Source of the DNA: an uncultured Muribaculaceae bacterium
Lineage (GTDB): Bacteria > Bacillota_I > Bacilli_A > RF39 > UBA660
Assembly: GCA_964587565.1 (NCBI GenBank)
Contig: CAZPLK010000002.1
Coordinates: 56,725 to 120,724 of the forward strand
Direction: 5' to 3'
Length of the DNA stretch: 64,000 bases
In this document: piece after piece, positions 1-10,531 of the stretch
How positions within the stretch are numbered: position 1 is the stretch's first letter
Layout: each line of letters opens with the position of its first letter
The notes under the pieces: model-generated
What the model was told of the DNA's origin: nothing
The model's database searches: none
What the model saw: only the letters and a program-made list of their open reading frames with translations
Program-made: the position numbers and the translations under genes

Positions 1-16
1 ACAATAATATTTAATT

Positions 17-994
17 CTACTTTATTTTTTTGTAATATGTTTTTCCTCTTTCAAGTTCTGTTTCATCAAATAATTCTTCTATCGTTACAAATTCATAACC
101 TTTTTCATTTAAAATTGGCAACACATGTTTTACAATATCTATTGTAGGCTTATATAAATCGTGCATCAAAATAATCGAACCATCCTCTATGTTTTCTAAT
201 ATTATTTCTACACCCTTCTCACTATTCCTATGTTCCCAATCTCTAGTATCTATACTCCACATAATTAATGGAAATTCAACATTTTTCTTCACATTATTAT
301 TAACACTTCCATATGGTGGTCTAACAATTGTTTGTGTAACATTATATTGTTTTAATAAATGTTTTGTTTCTTCTAAAATTTGTTTTAACTCTTCACTACT
401 CATTTTAGTAAAATCTTCATGATTTGATCCATGGCTCCCTATTTGATGTCCTTCCTCCTTTATTTTTTTTATAATATAACCATATTCTTTTATGCGAGAA
501 CCAACAACAAAAAATGTAGCACGTGCATTGTTTTCTTTTAATATTTCTAATAATTCCTCAGTATATATACTTGGTCCGTCATCAAAAGTAAGTGCTACTT
601 GTTTTAATTCCTTTTGCATTTCTTGCTCTAATGAACTATCATTTAATTCTTCTTCTAGTTTAGACTCAGTAACCTCTTCTTTAATTACTGCTTTATTTAA
701 AAAATCTGATTCAATTACTTTTTGATTGTTTTCAATATCAACTTTTAACTTTTCATTAACACAATCATTTAAACTTTCATTATTTTCAATAATATTATCT
801 ACTATATTATTTATATCCAAATCTAAATCAACAATATTATTTACTGGTACAACTACATCAATATTTTTAATATATTTATTATATAAATTTTCAAAAATGA
901 TTATTATTTCTTTTTTCTTTTTGGTAGTTACTGATAAAATTAATGTAACAGCAACTGATATTGATATAAATTTATATTTTTTTTGATTTTTCAT
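17..994 (-). CDS. Membrane-anchored polysaccharide deacetylase (NodB homology domain)
   Basis: N-terminal TM helix. NodB motifs TFDDGP and GSHGSNH, and the C-terminal half is typical of peptidoglycan/chitooligosaccharide deacetylases. Confidence 0.8.
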   Translation of the reverse strand: MKNQKKYKFISISVAVTLILSVTTKKKKEIIIIFENLYNKYIKNIDVVVPVNNIVDLDLDINNIVDNIIENNESLNDCVNEKLKVDIENNQKVIESDFLNKAVIKEEVTESKLEEELNDSSLEQEMQKELKQVALTFDDGPSIYTEELLEILKENNARATFFVVGSRIKEYGYIIKKIKEEGHQIGSHGSNHEDFTKMSSEELKQILEETKHLLKQYNVTQTIVRPPYGSVNNNVKKNVEFPLIMWSIDTRDWEHRNSEKGVEIILENIEDGSIILMHDLYKPTIDIVKHVLPILNEKGYEFVTIEELFDETELERGKTYYKKIK

Positions 995-1060
995 AACACA
1001 CCTCTAAATTTTAAATATTATAACACAATTTAAATGTTTTTTAAATAAAAAGAAATATGA

Positions 1061-2482
1061 TTAATTACATATTTCCCCGTCTAATGACCAAGTTTTTACA
1101 TTCGTTATTTTTACATTAACAATTTTACCTATGTATGATTGATCTCCTTTTACATTAACCCTTTTCATAGTTTCAGTATAGCCGTAAAGTACATTTTTAT
1201 CTCTTTCAGTTTTATCTTCCAACAAAACAGGCACTATTTTATTTAAATACTTTTGGTTTGCTTCATTAGCATAATTATTTACTAATTTATTTAACTGTTG
1301 TAATCTTTTATTTTTAACATTTAATGGAATATCATCAAACATCTTAGCGGCTGGTGTACCATCCCTTTTAGAAAAGATAAACGTAAATGCAGAATCAAAT
1401 TTACATTCATTGACAATTTCTAATGTCTCATTAAAATCTTCATCAGTTTCACCAGGAAATCCTACTATAATGTCAGTGGTTATAGATACATTAGGTATTT
1501 GTTTTTTAATTTTATTATATAGTTCTAAATAAGATTCCTTTGTATACCTTCTCCCCATTAATTTAAGAATATTGTTAGAACCAGATTGAATCGGCAAATG
1601 AATATAAGGCATTATATTTTTATGTTTACTAATTATCTCAATCATTTTATCAGTAAAATCCCAAGGATGACTTGTGACGAAACGTATTCTATTAATACCT
1701 GTTTTAGCTACATCTTCTAATAAATTTTCCATTCGATATTTTATATTTAAATCTTTACCGTAAGCGTTTACATTTTGACCTAGTAAAGTTATTTCTTGAT
1801 ATCCTTCTTTAACTAAATCATTAATCTCTTTTATTATATATTTTGGTTCTCTACTTCTTTGTTTTCCCCTTGTATAAGGCACTATACAATAAGTACAAAA
1901 CTTATCACAACCATACATTACATTTATCCAAGCTTTATATGGACTTTCTCTTTTAACTGGTATATTTTCATATACATCACCTTCAATACTTAACACTTCA
2001 ATTTCTAATTCTTTTTTAGCTAAGGATGTTAATAGTATGTTTGGTAAATTGTGAATGTTGTGAGTCCCAAATACGATATCTAACCAACTATATTTAGTTA
2101 ATATTTTATCAACAACTACTTCTTCTTGTGCCATACATCCACATATACCAGCAATCAAATGTGGTTTTTTTTCTTTTAAGTGTTTAATATAACCAATAGC
2201 ACCAAATACTTTATCATGAACATTTTCTCTTATTGCACATGTATTTAATAAAATTAAATCGGCATCATCCATCGTATCAACTTCAAAAAAATTCATATCT
2301 TCTAACATCGCTTTAATTTTTTCAGTATCATGTTCATTCATTTGACAACCATATGTTTTTATATAATAAGCTCGATTCAAACCGATTTTTTTCATTTCTT
2401 CAGTTATTTTATAACTATCAGTTATAACTTCAACTTCTTCATTTGTTCTTTTTCGTGCCGCTAAAAAATTAGGTAATTTCAT
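1061..2482 (-). CDS. miaB: tRNA-i6A37 methylthiotransferase MiaB (radical SAM)
   Basis: YIKTYGCQMNEHDTE UPF0004 N-domain, radical SAM CDKFCTYC motif, TRAM-like C-terminus. Start moved to the ATG (MKLPNFL) at 2482 inside the tracked ORF. Confidence 0.9.
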   Translation of the reverse strand: MKLPNFLAARKRTNEEVEVITDSYKITEEMKKIGLNRAYYIKTYGCQMNEHDTEKIKAMLEDMNFFEVDTMDDADLILLNTCAIRENVHDKVFGAIGYIKHLKEKKPHLIAGICGCMAQEEVVVDKILTKYSWLDIVFGTHNIHNLPNILLTSLAKKELEIEVLSIEGDVYENIPVKRESPYKAWINVMYGCDKFCTYCIVPYTRGKQRSREPKYIIKEINDLVKEGYQEITLLGQNVNAYGKDLNIKYRMENLLEDVAKTGINRIRFVTSHPWDFTDKMIEIISKHKNIMPYIHLPIQSGSNNILKLMGRRYTKESYLELYNKIKKQIPNVSITTDIIVGFPGETDEDFNETLEIVNECKFDSAFTFIFSKRDGTPAAKMFDDIPLNVKNKRLQQLNKLVNNYANEANQKYLNKIVPVLLEDKTERDKNVLYGYTETMKRVNVKGDQSYIGKIVNVKITNVKTWSLDGEICN

Positions 2483-2553
2483 TGTATCACTTCTTTTCTT
2501 TTTACTTCTTATAGATATTAACACAATATCTATAAGAAATCAACATTTTACCA

Positions 2554-2586
2554 TAAAAAAAGTAGTGCTAAATTTCTTGCACTACT
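2554..2586 (-). terminator. Rho-independent terminator after rnj
   Basis: 8-bp stem AGTAGTGC/GCACTACT (2561-2568 / 2579-2586) followed on the minus strand by a T-run. Overlaps the rnj stop codon. Confidence 0.6.
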
Positions 2587-4214
2587 ATTAATATCATAGG
2601 CCTTGAACCTGTTTTTTTATATAAATATTTGCCCAATTTATCACGAATATCTGATTTAATATTATTAAAATCAATATATTTATTTTTAGTGTTTTCCTGA
2701 ATAACTTTTAATGATATTTTTTCTGCTTCTTTTATTAATTCAGTATTATCTTTAACAAATATAAAGCCTCTTGTTAATATTTCAGGGCCAGCTAATATTT
2801 GCTTGTTTTTTCTTGATACGGTAGCAGTTACAAGAACGATACCATTTTCACCTAATGATTCTCTATCCTTTAAAACTAACTCCCCTATATCACCTACTGT
2901 TTTACCATCAATTAAAATATCATCTACTTTTACTTTATCATTAGAATCTAATAGTTCACCATTAGAAAAAGTAACAACTTGTCCATTTAATTTTAAAAGA
3001 ATGTTACTCTCATGTAGCCCAACTTTTTTAGCGATTTCACCATTAGCTACTTGATGCCTATATTCTCCAATAACCGGAAAGTAATATTTTGGTTTAATTA
3101 AATCCAACATCAACATTAAATCTTCACTTGATGCATGATGTTCTAAATACTTCTTAGAAGACAATAACACTAAATTAGCACCTATTTTTGAAATTTGGTC
3201 AAATAATCTTGTTGCACTCTTTTCTAAACCTTCATATATTGGAGCAGCAAAAACAACTGTATCATCTTCATTAATTTTAACAAAACGATCATAACCTCTA
3301 ACAATCCTTGAAATGTTTGAATATGGTTTTTCACGCTCATCTGATATTAAAATCACAACATTTTTATCACTAGCACGCTGAATTGAAGCTATTTTTCTTT
3401 TATCAAAACTAATGTACTTCATATCAATTGCCTTTATTATAGAGTTTTGTAGCCTTTTACCCACAATCACTATCTTTCTATTTGTTTTACTAACTTCATC
3501 TAACAACTCTTGAATTCTATATAAATTATTTTGAAAAGTATTAAATAATATACGACCATTATTTTTATTCAATGTTTCTCTAATAATTGATGAAGTTCGG
3601 TGATTTGGAGAAGTAAACCCTGTTTTATCTGCGTATATAGATTCACCTAATAAACAAAGCACACCTTGTTTTCCAATATAGGCTAATTTGCCTATATCTG
3701 TTTTATATGGTCCACTCATCGTTGGATCAAACATAAAATTACCAGTATAAAATATAGTTCCTGATTCAGTATATAAAACATATCCAACCGTATCTGGCAC
3801 TGAATGCGTTAAACTAATTGGAAAAATACTGTTTTTACCAACTTTCATCTTACGGTGAGGACGTATCACATTTAAATTACTTGTTTTCATACCTTCATCA
3901 ATTAGTTCGTTTCTAACCATTTCTAATGTAAATTCTGTACCATAAATTTTTAAATCTGGTATATCTATCAAAATATCAGGTATAGCCCCCATATGTTCAT
4001 CATGACCGTGAGTTATAAATAATCCAACAATCCTTTTTTTATTTTTAATTAAATAATCATAATTAGGTATAATATAATCTACACCTAACATTTTATCATC
4101 GGCATATTTTAACCCTGCGTCAAATACAAATATATCTTCATCAACTTCAACAATATACATGTTTTTTCCTTTTTCGTTTAATCCACCTAAACTAAATATT
4201 TTTATTTTACTCAT
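2568..4214 (-). CDS. rnj: Ribonuclease J (beta-CASP metallo-beta-lactamase)
   Basis: HGHDEHMG metallo-beta-lactamase motif. Full-length (~550 aa) similarity pattern to Firmicute RNase J1/J2. Confidence 0.9.
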   Translation of the reverse strand: MSKIKIFSLGGLNEKGKNMYIVEVDEDIFVFDAGLKYADDKMLGVDYIIPNYDYLIKNKKRIVGLFITHGHDEHMGAIPDILIDIPDLKIYGTEFTLEMVRNELIDEGMKTSNLNVIRPHRKMKVGKNSIFPISLTHSVPDTVGYVLYTESGTIFYTGNFMFDPTMSGPYKTDIGKLAYIGKQGVLCLLGESIYADKTGFTSPNHRTSSIIRETLNKNNGRILFNTFQNNLYRIQELLDEVSKTNRKIVIVGKRLQNSIIKAIDMKYISFDKRKIASIQRASDKNVVILISDEREKPYSNISRIVRGYDRFVKINEDDTVVFAAPIYEGLEKSATRLFDQISKIGANLVLLSSKKYLEHHASSEDLMLMLDLIKPKYYFPVIGEYRHQVANGEIAKKVGLHESNILLKLNGQVVTFSNGELLDSNDKVKVDDILIDGKTVGDIGELVLKDRESLGENGIVLVTATVSRKNKQILAGPEILTRGFIFVKDNTELIKEAEKISLKVIQENTKNKYIDFNNIKSDIRDKLGKYLYKKTGSRPMILIVVQEI

Positions 4215-4302
4215 GTTTCCTCCTTTCTTTTTCTAAAAAAGCCTTATTAATTATAACAAAAAAAAAGGAATTAGTCCATTTAAATTGAAATAAATAAGGA
4301 AT

Positions 4303-4944
4303 TTACTCCATGCTTATTTTTAACTTATTAATTTGTTCTTGGTAATTACTACCATTTGTAATATAACTACCAACTACAATAATATCAGCTTTTTTACAAT
4401 ACTTTATTGTTTTATTGTTTATTCCACCATCTACTTGAATTACATAATCATAATTGTTTTTCTTTTTCAAAGTGTTTAAATTATCAATTTTTTCTACTAT
4501 GTCCGTAATAAATTCCTGTCCACCGTAACCCGGTTCCACACTCATAATAAGTACTAAATCAATAATTGGCAAATATGGTAGTAATAGATCAATAGATGTC
4601 TCAGGCTTAATTGAAACACCTACATTAATATTGTTATTTTTTATATAATCTATTATCTTTTTAGGATCTTGTACTGCCTCTAAATGAAATGTTATGTATT
4701 TTGGTTTTAACACTTTAAAATCATCGACATATTTAATAACATTATTTACCATTAAATGGATATCTTTTGGTTTAGTTGTATTTTTTAATATAGGTATTAT
4801 TTCATCAATTGTGTATGTAAAATTTTCAACAAATTCGCCATCCATTATATCTAAATGTAAATAATCAATACTAGTTTTATCTAAAATTTCAACATTTTTC
4901 TTTAAATTTTCTTCAATCGACAAAAAAGATGCTGATATTTTCAT
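4303..4944 (-). CDS. rpe: Ribulose-phosphate 3-epimerase
   Basis: Start MKISASFLS...DYLHLDIMDGEFV, plus the VEPGYGGQEF motif. ATG at 4944 is preceded by GAAGAGGG; the tracked GTG start lies inside that RBS. Confidence 0.9.
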   Translation of the reverse strand: MKISASFLSIEENLKKNVEILDKTSIDYLHLDIMDGEFVENFTYTIDEIIPILKNTTKPKDIHLMVNNVIKYVDDFKVLKPKYITFHLEAVQDPKKIIDYIKNNNINVGVSIKPETSIDLLLPYLPIIDLVLIMSVEPGYGGQEFITDIVEKIDNLNTLKKKNNYDYVIQVDGGINNKTIKYCKKADIIVVGSYITNGSNYQEQINKLKISME

Positions 4945-4945
4945 T

Positions 4946-5782
4946 TTATCCCTCTTCACTAATAAATTTTAAATAATTGTCATAACGACTCTTTAATATT
5001 GTTGAGTTATTAACCATATTTTTAACTGCACAAGTTTCCTCATATTGATGCATGCAATCTTTATATTGACAATCATGTCTATGAATATTAAATTCAATAA
5101 AATTATCTCTAATGTCACTCTTATCCATCCCGTCAAAATTCACAGCTGAAAATCCAGGGGTATCTGCAATTAAACCACCCAAAGTACTTATTAGCTCAAC
5201 ATGTCTAGTTGTATGTTTACCTCTTCCTAAAGCTTTTGATATAGGGGCAGTTAAAATATTTAAATTTTTGTCAAGTTTATTTAATAGTGTAGATTTTCCA
5301 ACTCCACTTTGTCCCGTAAAAACTGTTATCTTATTTTTAAAAATATTTATTAAATTTTCTAGTTCATTATTATAATAAACTTGATACCCTATATTTTTAT
5401 AATATTCTACATAAACTTTTAAGTTTTCTTTCTCTTCATTAGTAGCTAAATCTAATTTCGTAAAACAAATAATTGGTTGAATATTATTATACTCAATTAT
5501 TACTAGCAATTTATCTAATAAATTTGTTGAAAATTCTGGTTCTTTTACACTTGTAACTATAACAGCTTGATCGACATTAGTTATTGCTGGTCTAACTAAT
5601 TCATTTTTTCTTTTTTTAACCTCGACTATTAATTTTTTTTCAAGATCCACCTTAACAATATCGCCAACTGTTGGACGAATGTTTAATTTTCTAAATGTTC
5701 CTCTTGCTTTACAGATATAAATTTCATCATTTATAAGAACTGAGTAGTCATTACTTATTAACTTAACAATTATACCTGACAT
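4946..5782 (-). CDS. rsgA: Ribosome small-subunit-dependent GTPase RsgA (YloQ)
   Basis: Circularly permuted GTPase motifs (TKLD, GQSGVGKSTLLN) and a C-terminal Cys/His zinc knuckle (CQYKDCMH..C). Confidence 0.9.
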   Translation of the reverse strand: MSGIIVKLISNDYSVLINDEIYICKARGTFRKLNIRPTVGDIVKVDLEKKLIVEVKKRKNELVRPAITNVDQAVIVTSVKEPEFSTNLLDKLLVIIEYNNIQPIICFTKLDLATNEEKENLKVYVEYYKNIGYQVYYNNELENLINIFKNKITVFTGQSGVGKSTLLNKLDKNLNILTAPISKALGRGKHTTRHVELISTLGGLIADTPGFSAVNFDGMDKSDIRDNFIEFNIHRHDCQYKDCMHQYEETCAVKNMVNNSTILKSRYDNYLKFISEEG

Positions 5783-7494
5783 TATTCACCCCCAGGTAAT
5801 AAATCATCAATTGGATCTTCTGCTTCAATTGGTTTTGCAGCTACAATTAATTTTAAAGTGGCATCTTTCATTACCCTACTCTTAGGCGGACGACTTTGGG
5901 AAATAATTTGTCCCTCTTTATAGTCATTTGTTTCTTTATATTCAATTATTAGTTCTATGTGATATTCATTAGCAAAAGCTTCAACATCCTTTATTGACCA
6001 ACTTTCATTAACAAAATCTGGATATTCAGTAATAATATCCGCAATATACAAGGTAACTGTGTCACCCTCTAATATTTTTGTTCCTACATCAGGCTTTTGT
6101 TCAATTATTATATTTTCCTTGTGCTTTGTAATATCTTCTACTTGCTTTTTTTCGGTTAATACATAAAAACCTTGTGTTTCAAGAAGTGCCTTTATTTCAA
6201 ATATGTTCTTTCCTTTATAATTTTCTAATATTAATCCTGCTTCACCTAAAGAAATGTATATCGTTATAAAATTACCTTTTTTAACTGTACTATTAAACTT
6301 TGGACTTGTTCTTGTTACTTTCCCTTCTTCTATGTCGTTATGGTTCTCCTCTTTAATTTCAGTGTTAACCTTAAGGCCTAAATCATTTATAACTTTTTCT
6401 GCCTCTTCTACAGTCATATTAGAAACATTTGGAACTCTTATTTCAGGTACTGCTGTAAATTTAGGCAACAAAATTAACATAATTAAAAATATTGCCATTA
6501 ATCCAATCGCTGTACCTGATAAAATCATAAGTGTATTGTTTATTTTTTTATCATCCTTATTTGTTTTTTCAGTTTCAGTTTTAACACTTTCTTTCAAGAG
6601 AGGCATAACTTTCGTTGCCTCTAAATCATTTTCTGAATATTTATAAACCAACCTTTTAACATTAGTGTTTTCAGGTGATAAAGCACTTTCTATATCCGAG
6701 TACATTTCTGTTACATTATTATATCTGTTTTTAGGATTTTTTGCACATGATTTTAATATTATATTTTCAATACTCTGTGGTATATCTGGGTTTTGTTTTC
6801 TTACACTTGGTATTTGCTCTTTCATTTGTTTAATTGCTATTTCAACAGCATTTTCTCCCCTAAAAGGAATTTTGCCTATTATTAATTCATACATTAATAT
6901 TCCCAAAGAATATATATCGCTCTTTATTGTAGCGACATTACCATTAGCTTGTTCTGGTGGTAAATAATGAACAGAACCCATAACTGAATTAGTTTGTGTT
7001 AATTCATTACTATTAAGAGCCATAGCAATTCCAAAATCAGTAATTTTTAATCGCCCATCATCTAAAATTAAAACATTTTGGGGCTTAATATCACGATGAA
7101 TAATATAACCATCATGGGCGTGTGCGATTGCACTTGTAAGTTGTAACATTATGTCTATTACTTCTTGAACAGTAAGAGCACCTCTTCTTTTAACTAAACT
7201 TTTTAAGGTATGTCCATCTATATATTCCATAACAATAAAGTATTTTCCATCATCTTCACCAACGTCGTACATTTCAACAATATTCGGATGGTTAAGTGAA
7301 CTAGCCGAAATAGCTTCCCTTTGAAAGCGTCGTACAAATTTTTCATCATCTGCTAAATCACCGCGTAAAATCTTAACTGCTACTTTTCTATCTAAAATAG
7401 TATCTAAGGCCAAGTAAACATTTGCCATGCCACCTTCTCCAATAAGCCTTATTATTTGATATCTGTCATTAATTTTTTGACCTTTTATTATCAT
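5782..7494 (-). CDS. prkC: Ser/Thr protein kinase with PASTA repeats (PrkC)
   Basis: Hanks kinase motifs (VAVK, HRDIKPQN, DFG), a central TM helix, and extracellular PASTA-like repeats. Overlaps the prpC stop by 4 nt. Confidence 0.9.
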   Translation of the reverse strand: MIIKGQKINDRYQIIRLIGEGGMANVYLALDTILDRKVAVKILRGDLADDEKFVRRFQREAISASSLNHPNIVEMYDVGEDDGKYFIVMEYIDGHTLKSLVKRRGALTVQEVIDIMLQLTSAIAHAHDGYIIHRDIKPQNVLILDDGRLKITDFGIAMALNSNELTQTNSVMGSVHYLPPEQANGNVATIKSDIYSLGILMYELIIGKIPFRGENAVEIAIKQMKEQIPSVRKQNPDIPQSIENIILKSCAKNPKNRYNNVTEMYSDIESALSPENTNVKRLVYKYSENDLEATKVMPLLKESVKTETEKTNKDDKKINNTLMILSGTAIGLMAIFLIMLILLPKFTAVPEIRVPNVSNMTVEEAEKVINDLGLKVNTEIKEENHNDIEEGKVTRTSPKFNSTVKKGNFITIYISLGEAGLILENYKGKNIFEIKALLETQGFYVLTEKKQVEDITKHKENIIIEQKPDVGTKILEGDTVTLYIADIITEYPDFVNESWSIKDVEAFANEYHIELIIEYKETNDYKEGQIISQSRPPKSRVMKDATLKLIVAAKPIEAEDPIDDLLPGGE

Positions 7495-8231
7495 TCATTG
7501 TCACCATCCTTCAAATAACATGCAATTGATATATTATCAGTACCACCACGATTATTACTTTTTAAAATCATTTTATTTAACTTATCTTCTAATGTACTTT
7601 TTTCATTTAATACTCGACTTATTTGATCATCATCTAACATATTAGTTAAACCATCACTACAGAGTAAAACTCCATCTATATCTACTTCAACATCAAATAT
7701 ATCCATTTCAACCTTTGTTGTTGCACCAAGTGCCCTCATTAATACATTTTTCTTAGGATGATCTTTTGCTTCTTCCTCGGATAATTCCCCTGAATTAACT
7801 AATAAATTTACTAAAGTATGATCCACTGTTATTTTGTGCAGTTTTTTATTTTTAAAAACAAACCCTGAACTATCACCTATATTTCCAAACAACAAATACT
7901 CATCTGTTTTTAAACAAAGTACTAAAGTTGTTCCCATTCCTAAGCTTGTAGGGTTTTGCTCTGCATACTTACATATTAAAATATTTGCCTCACTAACAGT
8001 ATCTTTTAACCAATTAATTGCTTCTTCCTTAGTACCAATACTGCTTAACTCTTTAAATCTTTTACCTAAATGAGTTATCGCAATACTAGAAGCAATTTCA
8101 CCAGCTCTATGCCCTCCCATCCCGTCAGCTACAAGTAGTAAGTATTCGTTATTATTATTTTTCACAATAGTAACGCTATCTTCATTATGATCTCTAACTT
8201 TACCAGAATCAGTTATATAAAAAAATTCCAT
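7491..8231 (-). CDS. prpC: PP2C-family Ser/Thr phosphatase (PrpC/Stp)
   Basis: ADGMGGH and DGLTN PP2C motifs. Conserved position upstream of prkC. Confidence 0.9.
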   Translation of the reverse strand: MEFFYITDSGKVRDHNEDSVTIVKNNNNEYLLLVADGMGGHRAGEIASSIAITHLGKRFKELSSIGTKEEAINWLKDTVSEANILICKYAEQNPTSLGMGTTLVLCLKTDEYLLFGNIGDSSGFVFKNKKLHKITVDHTLVNLLVNSGELSEEEAKDHPKKNVLMRALGATTKVEMDIFDVEVDIDGVLLCSDGLTNMLDDDQISRVLNEKSTLEDKLNKMILKSNNRGGTDNISIACYLKDGDNE

Positions 8232-9256
8232 TATTGGCCCTCCTTATAATTCGCACGAAGTTGCCCACATGCTGCCATTAAATTTGATCCAAACTCTTTT
8301 CTAATTGTTACATTTATGTTGTTTTTTTTAAGTATATCATAAAACTTAAACATTGTTTCTTTTGTACTTTTCCTATACGATTTATTGCTTGTTTCATTAT
8401 ATGGGATTAAGTTCACATAACAATTTAATCCTTTTAAAAGTTTAGCAAGCTCAATTGCATTTTCTTCACTATCATTAATATTTTTAATTAATATATATTC
8501 AATCGTTACCCTTCTGTTAGTAATATTTATATACTTTTTAATAGCATCTATTAATTTAGATATATTATAAGCTTTATTAATAGGCATTAGTTTATTTCTA
8601 ATATGATCATTGGGGGCGTGAAGAGAAATAGCCAAGTTAACTTGTTTTCCATCTTCAATAAATTGTTCGATTTTAGGTACAACTCCGCTAGTTGATACAG
8701 TTATGTGTCTTGCACCTATATTTATTCCTTTGGGATTATTTATTACATTTATGAAGTTAATTACATTTTTATAATTATCAAATGGTTCTCCAATACCCAT
8801 TAAAACTATGTGTGAAATTCTCAATTTTAAATCAGCTTCAATCATTAATATTGGCAATAACATTTCACTTACTTCTAAGTTTCTTATTTTTTTCAATCTT
8901 CCACTTTCACAAAAAGTACAAGCCATATTACAACCTACTTGGGTTGAAATACATAAGCTATTGCCATAAGGATGCTGCATTAAAACTGCTTCAATTGTGT
9001 TTTCGTCATTTAATTTAAAAAGATATTTATAAACATCTTCACCTTGTTGTTTTTCTGCTATTATTAACTTCGGTATATAAAAATCATCTTTTATTTTTTT
9101 AAGTAATTGTTTATTAATATTATTTATTTCAGTAAAATCATTTATCCTTTTTTTGTATAACCATTCATAAATTTGAATGGCTCTAAATTTTTTTTCATTT
9201 ATATTAATAAAGTACTGTTCCAACTCTTCAATTGTATAATTATATATATTATTCAT
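8231..9256 (-). CDS. rlmN: 23S rRNA/tRNA A2503 C2-methyltransferase RlmN (radical SAM)
   Basis: GCNMACTFC radical SAM cluster motif, a C-terminal conserved Cys (AACGQL), and operon context with prpC-prkC. Confidence 0.9.
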   Translation of the reverse strand: MNNIYNYTIEELEQYFININEKKFRAIQIYEWLYKKRINDFTEINNINKQLLKKIKDDFYIPKLIIAEKQQGEDVYKYLFKLNDENTIEAVLMQHPYGNSLCISTQVGCNMACTFCESGRLKKIRNLEVSEMLLPILMIEADLKLRISHIVLMGIGEPFDNYKNVINFINVINNPKGINIGARHITVSTSGVVPKIEQFIEDGKQVNLAISLHAPNDHIRNKLMPINKAYNISKLIDAIKKYINITNRRVTIEYILIKNINDSEENAIELAKLLKGLNCYVNLIPYNETSNKSYRKSTKETMFKFYDILKKNNINVTIRKEFGSNLMAACGQLRANYKEGQ

Positions 9257-9323
9257 ATTTACACCCTATTACAATTATAACAAAAAAAGGGAAAATTAAA
9301 AAGATATCTAGTACCTTTTTAAT

Positions 9324-10472
<1,149 letters not shown>

Positions 10473-10494
10473 TTATTTTCTCATCTTTTTCAAT

Positions 10495-10528
10495 AGAAGC
10501 AAAAAAGTTGATATCGATACCAACTTTT
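10495..10528 (-). terminator. Rho-independent terminator after the 689-aa pilin-like gene
   Basis: Near-palindrome AAAAGTTG-ATATCGATAC-CAACTTTT immediately after the stop codon at 10532, followed on the minus strand by TTTTGCTTCT. Confidence 0.6.
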
Positions 10529-10531
10529 ATA

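Noticed and set aside
189-986. Three plus-strand ORFs (189-422, 492-725, 726-986) inside the deacetylase locus
   Set aside because: They are fully embedded antisense to a longer ORF with clear NodB motifs. Their products are low-complexity and Ser/Phe/Leu-rich, as expected from reading an AT-rich gene backwards. They have no RBS.
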